A DNA stretch of 24,000 bases from Bryobacterales bacterium (GTDB taxonomy: Bacteria > Acidobacteriota > Terriglobia > Bryobacterales > UBA6623). The notes beneath the pieces were generated by a model. The model worked only from the letters and a program-made list of their open reading frames with translations, was not told the DNA's origin and did not search any database. Made by a program: the position numbers and the translations under genes. Below are positions 17,279 to 24,000 of the stretch, one piece after another. Position 1 is the stretch's first letter, and every line of letters starts with the position of its first letter. The DNA lies in the NCBI GenBank assembly GCA_963667885.2, contig OY764148.2:988221-1012220 (forward strand), read 5' to 3'.

Positions 17279-18260
17279 CTACTGCACGGTGACGTTGGAA
17301 GTACTCGAGTCGACGCCAATGCCCACCGTGATCGGAACACGGCCGCTGACGCCCTCCGGAACGATGATGTTCGCCTGACCTACGCCGGCGAGGCCCGGAG
17401 CCATCGCCCGCAAGGGTCGTTGGCAAAGGAAATGAGGTCGCTTGAGCCGTTTCGGTGGAGAACTTGTCGCCGTACAGCGTAATCAACGAGCCCGGAGCCA
17501 GATCACCTGAGCTTGAGTTCGCGCCATTGACCGCACCCTCGCTAGTTAGCTGGGGAAAGTCCTCTTCGGTGATCTCGGGAACAACCGTGAGGTCCACCGC
17601 GATCACCGCAGGAGGTTCCGGCATGCCGTCGGATGAAATAGAGACCGTTGCCGTGTAATCGCCGAGGCCCAATCCTGCGTGATCGATCAAGACCTCAATG
17701 TGCTGTTGGGAATCGAATAGGCCGGTTCGGGGTTCGGTCCTCACCCACGGTTCTGACGCCGCAGCCGTCCAGCGCTGGCCCTCCTGCCCGAATATGTGAG
17801 CCTCTTGCCCGAAGGGCGCCAAGCCGCCTTCGGCCGCATCGAAATGCATCGTCTGCTCGCGCTCCCAAATCCGGATGGACGGCTCGCTGCCGGTCGGATA
17901 GAGGAAGCGAACGCCCTCCATCTCGGAACTCGATAGATCTTGACGAACCTCTTGCAAGTCGACGACCGACTCCATGACAGTTCGACCGACTACGCAGTTA
18001 TCGTTGTGGTCGAGGCCGAGCGAATGACCCAGTTCATGCATCAATACCGTTTCGAAGTCGATCTCACCCGAGGTCAGATCGACGCCGTAAGGAATCGCGG
18101 GGTTAAAGAAAATATCGGAATCCTTGATGCCCCTGATCAGCGAGGCGTCTTTCGAGATCAGCGTCACGGCAAGAGTGGTTGCCCAGAAATCGATGACTCC
18201 GCCGCCCGGTCCCAATCGAGTGTGGGGGGGGAGGTGAGGAAGGGCATCCAAACGTGTCCA
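17279..18260 (-). pseudogene. matrixin-like (M10) zinc metalloprotease with Solibacter-type C-terminal domain; 5' truncated and frameshifted
   Basis: FETVLMHELGHSLGLDHNDNC matches HExxHxxGxxH; NGANSSSGDLAPGSLITLYGDKFS...SFPLPTTLAG then frame change near 17398-17410 to APGLAGVGQANIIVPEGVSGRVPITVGIGVDSSTSNVTVQ*; N-terminus runs into an IS remnant. Confidence 0.7.
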
Positions 18261-18356
18261 GATCGGTCTTATAGGTAACACCATGGCGAGATGCCATGGA
18301 AGGAGACGTGTCGGTTGGAAGAACGCAAGAGATTCATTGAAGACTGGCTGCGAGCG
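18261..18356 (+). mobile_element. remnant of the 5' end of an IS related to the 4881-6187 element
   Basis: 18271-18356 matches the transposase-proximal end of the full IS at 82 of 86 positions, including ATAGGTAACACCATGGCGAGATGCCATGGAAGGAGAC and TGGAAGAACGCAAGAGATTCATTGAAGACTGGCTGCGAGCG. Confidence 0.88.
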
Positions 18357-18527
18357 ATTCGCGGTCACGAAGTTCCCTTGGAATCTCTGGTCGATCAATA
18401 CGTCGAAGCTCGGGATCGCCTTCGGCCCAATTTCGTTTGGATAGCCAATCACCGCGAAGTTTCCCGGCTTTCAAGCTTCTACCGGTGGCTGATCGAGGAT
18501 CTGCGCCTCAACCAACGATGGGGATAG
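18357..18527 (+). pseudogene. orphan coding fragment fused to the IS remnant frame, perhaps a LysR C-terminus
   Basis: IRGHEVPLESLVDQYVEARDRLRPNFVWIANHREVSRLSSFYRWLIEDLRLNQRWG*; unrelated to the transposase after the junction. Confidence 0.3.
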
Positions 18528-18762
18528 AAGAATTATTGTCAGTAGGATCCAGCTGGTCCGATTCATCATGACGCCGCTCAGGAAACTGTCGTACCACGCG
18601 ATCCGCTAGGGAGCGCAAAACTATAGGAGCCCGCAAAAGCGCGGTCCTCCACGCGTATTCAACGATAGTGACCCCGAGAAACACCCTCCGCTATTTCTAG
18701 GATTCTCCCCCTCCCAATTCGCCTTAGCCAGAACCTGAGACCGCTGGACTTCGCCTAAGCCC

Positions 18763-19326
18763 TTATAAATGAATTAGTTTCCGGCGAAGCACGGACTCGA
18801 CTTCCGCCAGGTCGCGTGCTACAGGACACTCCACCGGTAGCCCCGGCAGTTCCGTGCCCTGTTCGAGCCAAGCCAGCACCGGCTTGCGGTAGCGAAGAGC
18901 CAACTGGACCTCGCTCAGGGTCCCCTCACCACCGGGAAGCACGACCAAGATGTCAGAGCTCAAGACGTTGATGTGGTTGCGAGAGCCAGGGTCGCGGCCA
19001 GCTGCGCCGCTCAAGGGCAAGTGGGTCGCAATCGGAATCTCCACCCACAGATTGGGGTAGCCGTCGCGGCCCGAAGGAAGAATGCCGATCGGGCTCCCAC
19101 GGCGCTCCTCGCACCCAACGAACGCGCGCGTCACTGATGCCATTACGCCGCCACCGCCACCGGTCAACAAATGAACGTCCAGTCCTGCGAGCAGCCGCCC
19201 TAACGGCTCGGCTCGGTCAGGCCACTCATCGGACCCCGATCCCATGACCCCGACAATTGGATGTCTTTGTAACAGCAACTGATCGATCACCCGCGGAGCT
19301 GCCAGCACAGTGTAAGTTATAGGCAT
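18763..19326 (-). CDS. LOG-family/TIGR00725-like Rossmann nucleotide-binding protein
   Basis: PIVGVMGSGSDEWPDRAEPLGRLLAGLDVHLLTGGGGGVMASVTRAF, SSDILVVLPGGEGTLSEVQLALRYRKPVLAW. ORF track start at 19449 is likely too early. Confidence 0.8.
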   Translation of the reverse strand: MPITYTVLAAPRVIDQLLLQRHPIVGVMGSGSDEWPDRAEPLGRLLAGLDVHLLTGGGGGVMASVTRAFVGCEERRGSPIGILPSGRDGYPNLWVEIPIATHLPLSGAAGRDPGSRNHINVLSSDILVVLPGGEGTLSEVQLALRYRKPVLAWLEQGTELPGLPVECPVARDLAEVESVLRRKLIHL

Positions 19327-20722
19327 GACCCCGGAAGAAGTAGCCGAGGCGGTTGAAGAGATCCGCCGCCGGGTCCGGCGACGACACAAGAAAGCTGCCG
19401 ATGCAGAGATCGAGCCTCCAGTGCAGCTGTCGGTGACACCGCTCACCATCGCCCGAGACGTCGTGGAGGCGCGTTCGAGCTACATCGGCCGCGTCAATCC
19501 CCGTAGCGGCGGTTGGGTCAACGGCGTTATTCAAAAAGGTAAGCGCGGAATCGCCCACGGACTCGGTTGGATGGTCCGAGGCCAGATCGAATTCAACCAG
19601 GCCGTCGTCAACTATATGGACCAGAACGATCGCGTCATGGTCGAGCAGAACGCGACGGCATACGAGACGATGCAAGACATCGCCGACGTTCGCAAAGCCC
19701 AAATCTGGATGGAAGAGCTGAGGGAAGCGCATACCAAGATGGAGATGCGTACACTCCAGATTCTTCGTACCGTCGAGGCGTCTGGTCGGCGACGCGACGA
19801 GCTATTTCAGGAAGAACGCGTCCAATTTCAGCAAGAACGCGTCGCAATGCACAAGGACTACAAGCAGGCCCTAAGTGCTGCCAGCAAGCAGATTCAAGAG
19901 CGACTGTGGGGCGACTTGGATCAACTCAAAGTCGAGCACGAGAGGCAGATCCACACCGAACTTCGCACCATCCGTAGAAAGCTTGCCGCGGCTGGTGGCG
20001 ATTCGATCGCGCGGTCTGTCGGAACCGCCGTGGCCTCCGCACCACCTCCGCCAGCTCCACCAGCCGAGTCCTTCGACTACGCCTCATTTGAAGAGCGGTT
20101 TCGCGGCGATGAACAGTACGTTTCAGGCAGCCAAGAGTTCTACCTTCCCTACTTTGCAAATCTGTCGAAGGTTGTCGACCTCGGATGCGGCAGAGGTGAG
20201 TTCCTCGCCGAACTTGCCTCCCGCGGAGTCGAGGTCCTAGGGGTCGACCTCGACACGACGGCCCTAGCGGCATGCCGCGAGAAGAACCTGCCAGTCGAGC
20301 AGGCCGATATCTTTGAGTTCCTAGGCCGTCAGGCAGATGGGTCTTGGGCCGGGATCATGTGCGCTCACGTGATTGAGCATCTACCGCCCCTGCAGCTCCA
20401 GGAGTTGACGGACCTCTGCTACAGCAAGCTACGTCCGGGCGGAATCCTCGCCTGCGAGACGCCGAATCCGGGCTGCCTCGCGATCTTCGCGGGCGATTTC
20501 TACCTCGATCCGACGCACCGCTCACCCATACCGGCCGGTCGCATGAACTTCCACCTCAAAGAGTCTGGCTTCTCGTCGATCGAGACGGTCGAGCGACACC
20601 CCGCCCCGGAAGTCTTCTCAGAACTACGTGCTCTGGACGACATGCCACAGACCGCCGCCTTCCGGCAGAGGTTCTTTGGCGGCCTAGACTATGCGATCAT
20701 CGCCCGTAAGCCAGCGGAGTGA
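19325..20722 (+). CDS. coiled-coil plus class I SAM-dependent methyltransferase
   Basis: N-terminal heptad-rich region, then NLSKVVDLGCGRGEFLAELASRGVEVLGVDLD, IMCAHVIEHLPPLQLQELTDLCYSKLRPGGILACETPNP. Confidence 0.85.
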   Translation: MTPEEVAEAVEEIRRRVRRRHKKAADAEIEPPVQLSVTPLTIARDVVEARSSYIGRVNPRSGGWVNGVIQKGKRGIAHGLGWMVRGQIEFNQAVVNYMDQNDRVMVEQNATAYETMQDIADVRKAQIWMEELREAHTKMEMRTLQILRTVEASGRRRDELFQEERVQFQQERVAMHKDYKQALSAASKQIQERLWGDLDQLKVEHERQIHTELRTIRRKLAAAGGDSIARSVGTAVASAPPPPAPPAESFDYASFEERFRGDEQYVSGSQEFYLPYFANLSKVVDLGCGRGEFLAELASRGVEVLGVDLDTTALAACREKNLPVEQADIFEFLGRQADGSWAGIMCAHVIEHLPPLQLQELTDLCYSKLRPGGILACETPNPGCLAIFAGDFYLDPTHRSPIPAGRMNFHLKESGFSSIETVERHPAPEVFSELRALDDMPQTAAFRQRFFGGLDYAIIARKPAE

Positions 20723-21660
20723 TGGAATTTACAGGCGAGCGAGTCATACCGGGGAAAACCGATCCCGATCTCTTCAACGAGCATCTGGCCCGTTACCGAT
20801 TTGCGGAGACCCTCGCCAGCGGGCGTAGAGTGCTCGACGCAGGTTGTGGTGCAGGTTATGGTACCGCCCTGCTCGCCGAACGAGCCGAATCCGCCTGCGG
20901 CATTGACCAATCGCAAGAGACAGTGCGATGGGCCAAAAATGAGTACGGTGAAGACAAGGCTTCCTTCACTCAAGCCGACTGCTCCGCATTCCCCTTCCGA
21001 GACGGCTCGTTTGATCTCGTTACCGCCTTTGAAATTATCGAGCACCTACCCGACTGGAAAGGACTGCTTCTCGAATCACGCCGCGTACTGACCGACAACG
21101 GTCAACTCTTGGTCTCTACTCCCAACCGGCTCTACTCGGAAGAGTCTCGTGCAGAACCGAACGAATTCCACGTGCACGAATTCGACCACGCCGAGTTCAA
21201 GCAGGAGCTAGAAAGCGTCTTCCCTCACGTCACGATGTTCTTTGAGAATCATACGCAAGCCATCGCGTTTCAAACGCCCGACCTGCAAGGTGTTCGTACT
21301 GTGATGGGAGGGGGGCCGCCAGAACCGGCGGATGCGCACTTCTTCTTCGCGGTTTGCTCCGGGCAACCCCAATTCGGAGCCCCAGCGTTCCTTTACGTGC
21401 CGACCACCGGCAACGTCCTGAAGGACCGCGAGCAGCACGTCGCCCTGCTAGAACAAGAAGTGAAGACCAAGTCCGCATGGCTCGACAAGGCCACCAGGGA
21501 GCTTGAGGCTTTCAGCAAGATAAACCTAGAAATGGAGGCCGAGTTAGCGGACAAGATCGCCTGGGCACGTTCTCGCGACGAAGAGATCACGCAAGCCGCA
21601 GCGAAGATCGATGAACTTGAGGCTCGTGTCGAAGAGATCGCGAGCGCACGTCGCTGCTAG
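20722..21660 (+). CDS. class I SAM-dependent methyltransferase with C-terminal coiled coil, prematurely ended by a frameshift
   Basis: MEFTGERVIPG...ARYRFAETLASGRRVLDAGCGAGYGTALLAE, FDLVTAFEIIEHLPDWKGLLLESRRVLTDNGQLLVSTPN. Overlaps the preceding gene end. Confidence 0.85.
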   Translation: MEFTGERVIPGKTDPDLFNEHLARYRFAETLASGRRVLDAGCGAGYGTALLAERAESACGIDQSQETVRWAKNEYGEDKASFTQADCSAFPFRDGSFDLVTAFEIIEHLPDWKGLLLESRRVLTDNGQLLVSTPNRLYSEESRAEPNEFHVHEFDHAEFKQELESVFPHVTMFFENHTQAIAFQTPDLQGVRTVMGGGPPEPADAHFFFAVCSGQPQFGAPAFLYVPTTGNVLKDREQHVALLEQEVKTKSAWLDKATRELEAFSKINLEMEAELADKIAWARSRDEEITQAAAKIDELEARVEEIASARRC

Positions 21661-21839
21661 AACAAGAAGTGAAGACCAAGTCCGCATGGCTCGACAAGGC
21701 CACCAGGGAGCTTGAGGCTTTCAGCAAGATAAACCTAGAAATGGAGGCCGAGTTAGCGGACAAGATCGCCTGGGCACGTTCTCGCGACGAAGAGATCACG
21801 CAAGCCGCAGCGAAGATCGATGAACTTGAGGCTCGTGTC
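21445..21839 (+). repeat. perfect 186-bp direct repeat, two copies with a 23-bp spacer
   Basis: 21445-21630 and 21654-21839 are identical by direct reading (CTGCTAGAACAAGAAGTGAAG...GAACTTGAGGCTCGTGTC). Confidence 0.95.
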
Positions 21840-21962
21840 ATCGAGCGCACGGCGTGGGCCAAACGCGCACAAGAGCAACTCGATAAGACCTGGGGATGGA
21901 GGGCATATCGGCTCGCCCGCAAGTTGGGCATCGCGCCGGTGCCGCCCGACCCCAAGAGCTAG
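21669..21962 (+). pseudogene. frameshifted C-terminal continuation of the methyltransferase
   Basis: MKTKSAWLDKATRELEAFSKI... repeats the upstream coiled coil and then ends VIERTAWAKRAQEQLDKTWGWRAYRLARKLGIAPVPPDPKS. Confidence 0.6.
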
Positions 21963-22008
21963 CCGAACATCCTTTGCTTGGCGCCCTCAGTAAGATAGGG
22001 GTAGCCCT

Positions 22009-22383
22009 GTGACCTGCTACTCCAACCTGAAGGACGCCGTTCTCGACCTCGATCCGCTGCTGATCCGAACCCTCGGGGCGTTCTCCATTGACGACCACGA
22101 CGACGACTATCTCGTCACGTTTCGGTTCATGATCTATGGCCAGCACTTGGAGCGTCCGTCAGACGTCGATCAGTGCCCTGACACCCGTGTCTTGCTGGAT
22201 GGCAAGCTCGATCTCGAACGCGAAATCGCCGACCTCGACGAATGTGAAATTCTAGGCTCACTCAACGCAGCCCTAGTAACCGCTGGCTTTGAGGAGAGCA
22301 CATCCCAAGCTCCACGATGGGTCGTCAAGACTCACGCCGGATCCCAAGGCGAACGCATCGAGTGGCGCAACTCGATCGTTTAA
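22009..22383 (+). CDS. hypothetical protein, 124 aa
   Basis: GTG-start ORF MTCYSNLKDAVLDLDPLLIRTLGAFSIDDHDDDYLVTFRF..., co-directional and filling the gap between neighbours; no family recognised. Confidence 0.45.
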   Translation: MTCYSNLKDAVLDLDPLLIRTLGAFSIDDHDDDYLVTFRFMIYGQHLERPSDVDQCPDTRVLLDGKLDLEREIADLDECEILGSLNAALVTAGFEESTSQAPRWVVKTHAGSQGERIEWRNSIV

Positions 22384-22407
22384 CTTTAAATCCCTTAGAA
22401 TGGTGCG

Positions 22408-23940
22408 ATGCCGAACTTCGTCGTGGAGTTCTTCGAAGGGCTGGGCCTTCCCCGCGCCCTTGTCGACGTGCTGGTCTTGCCCCTGTTGGCCGCCCTGGTC
22501 ATCTGGGTCCTTCGTCTAGTCTTCCTACGTGCGATCAAGAAACGCTTTCGTCGGCCTCAAGATCTCAGACGCTGGCGTCGCATATCCGTCTACGTTGCGC
22601 TGGTCGCGGCGGGTCTCATTTTCTGGCAGATTTGGCTCACCAGTCTAGAGCAGCTCGCTCTCCTCGTCGCAGCACTCACTGAGCTTGAGTCCAGCACGAC
22701 GCTGGATTGGCTGAACGCTACACTCGCCGTCTTCTTCTCGACCGTCGCACTGATTCTAGTCATCTCGATTCTGCGTGCCATCCGTAGGGCCCTGATGGTT
22801 CGCCTCCGAGCCTGGTCGATATTTGCGAAGTCCGTTCGATTTCAGCGCCTGGACGTACTGACTCCAGCGCGAGTACGTGATGGTGTCAGCGGGGTCATTC
22901 GAGCGCTGTACTTCCTGTTACTGTGGGCATCCGTCGGCCTCTACGTATTGACTGTTCTTGAGGCATACCCCGGCACAGCGCAATTCAGCGGCGGGCTTCT
23001 CCGTTACTTCGCAGCAGCCGCACTGGATATTGGGACTGCGTTCGTCGACTATCTACCCAACCTCGCCTACCTGGTAGTTATCTTTTTCGTGGCACGGTAC
23101 TCCCTCAAGCTGATGCGTTTCCTTTTGGAGGCTACCGGTAGAGGAGACTTATCCTTCCCGGGGTTTGACCGGGAGTGGGCCGAGCCAACTTACAAGTTGG
23201 GCCGGGTTGTTTTGATTCTCTTCACCGTCATGGTGAGCTACCCCTACCTGCCTGCCGCGCAGTCGGACTTATTTCAAGGGTTCTCCATATTCCTTGGAGC
23301 GCTGGTCACCCTCGGTTCGACGGCTATCGTCGGCAACGTCATCTCCGGGATCGTCCTCACTTACACAGGCTCGTTTCGTATTGGCGATCGCGTCCGAATC
23401 GGCAGTATCACGGGCAACGTTCTTGAGAAAACGCTCTTCGTCACTCGCATGCGAACCGTAGAAAACGAAATCGTTTCCATCCCCAACGGCATCGTGCTGA
23501 CTGGCTCGGTAACCAACTACGCACGGTTGGCCAAAGATAAGAGCCTCATTCTGACCGTGCGAGTCGGCATCGGCTACGACGTACCCAGAAGCAAAGTCCA
23601 TGAGCTCCTGCTTGCCGCAGCCGCGAAGACGGAAGGAATCGTTCCCAATCCCCCCACCGCTGTATGGCAGATCAGCCTCGACGACTACGCCGTTACCTAC
23701 GAACTACGCGCCGCAACTAGTCGTCCTGTAAGAATGGCCGTGGTGCGGTCTGATCTCAACGGTCATGTCCTCGACGCCTTCAACGAGGCGGGCATTGAGA
23801 TCATGACTCCAGACGTTCAGAATTTGCGCGACGGCTCGTCGCCCGCTATTCCAGCTGAGTACGACCCTCCGCCGGGACCGGTCGCCAAACTACGCGTCGA
23901 CCTCAAGAACGCAGCCGATGCGCTACGTACGTCGCGATAA
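22408..23940 (+). CDS. mechanosensitive ion channel (MscS) family protein
   Basis: Multiple TM segments; LGALVTLGSTAIVGNVISGIVLTYTGSFRIGDRVRIGSITGNVLEKTLFVTRMRTVENEIVSIPNGIVLTGSVTNY. Confidence 0.93.
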   Translation: MPNFVVEFFEGLGLPRALVDVLVLPLLAALVIWVLRLVFLRAIKKRFRRPQDLRRWRRISVYVALVAAGLIFWQIWLTSLEQLALLVAALTELESSTTLDWLNATLAVFFSTVALILVISILRAIRRALMVRLRAWSIFAKSVRFQRLDVLTPARVRDGVSGVIRALYFLLLWASVGLYVLTVLEAYPGTAQFSGGLLRYFAAAALDIGTAFVDYLPNLAYLVVIFFVARYSLKLMRFLLEATGRGDLSFPGFDREWAEPTYKLGRVVLILFTVMVSYPYLPAAQSDLFQGFSIFLGALVTLGSTAIVGNVISGIVLTYTGSFRIGDRVRIGSITGNVLEKTLFVTRMRTVENEIVSIPNGIVLTGSVTNYARLAKDKSLILTVRVGIGYDVPRSKVHELLLAAAAKTEGIVPNPPTAVWQISLDDYAVTYELRAATSRPVRMAVVRSDLNGHVLDAFNEAGIEIMTPDVQNLRDGSSPAIPAEYDPPPGPVAKLRVDLKNAADALRTSR

Positions 23941-24000
23941 GCAGCCGTAGGAGTCTGTCTCTTCGGCGACCATTCTTGTCCGCGGGAAGGCCGAATTTGT

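Noticed and set aside
18224-18231. Run of eight G as a possible phase-variation tract in the protease
   Set aside because: Single short homopolymer in an already truncated gene; may equally be sequencing noise, and nothing supports switching.
19226-19732. Minus-strand ORF overlapping both the LOG gene and the methyltransferase
   Set aside because: No domain signal; both overlapping genes have clear coding signatures.
1-24000. CRISPR arrays, tRNA, rRNA, integrase/att sites around the tcmP module
   Set aside because: No regularly spaced repeats, no cloverleaf or rRNA sequence recognised by eye, and no integrase other than the IS transposase; a tRNAscan/cmscan run would be needed to exclude weak cases.

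Overview
The window is mostly ordinary chromosomal coding sequence with one small accessory insert and one decayed locus. From left to right it holds: cysE (partial), an OsmC-like gene, an S9 prolyl oligopeptidase, a two-gene TcmP plus Gp37/DUF5131-like three-Cys pair, an IS481-like element whose left end sits at the 3' end of that pair, a dnaK-dnaJ-hspR operon on the minus strand, modB-modC-thiE, an outer-membrane-like protein behind a long hairpin-rich leader, a Ser/Thr kinase with a PD40/TolB-like sensor, a decayed matrixin-type protease and neighbouring gene, a LOG-like protein, two SAM methyltransferases (one with a perfect 186-bp internal duplication and frameshift), a hypothetical ORF and an MscS-family channel. 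The best candidates for follow-up are the tcmP/three-Cys pair with its upstream palindrome, the structured leader before the 12470 gene, the unusual double-motif ends of the IS and its 86-bp remnant, and the decayed protease locus. No CRISPR array, tRNA or rRNA was recognised. All family calls come from reading motifs by eye, not from database searches.
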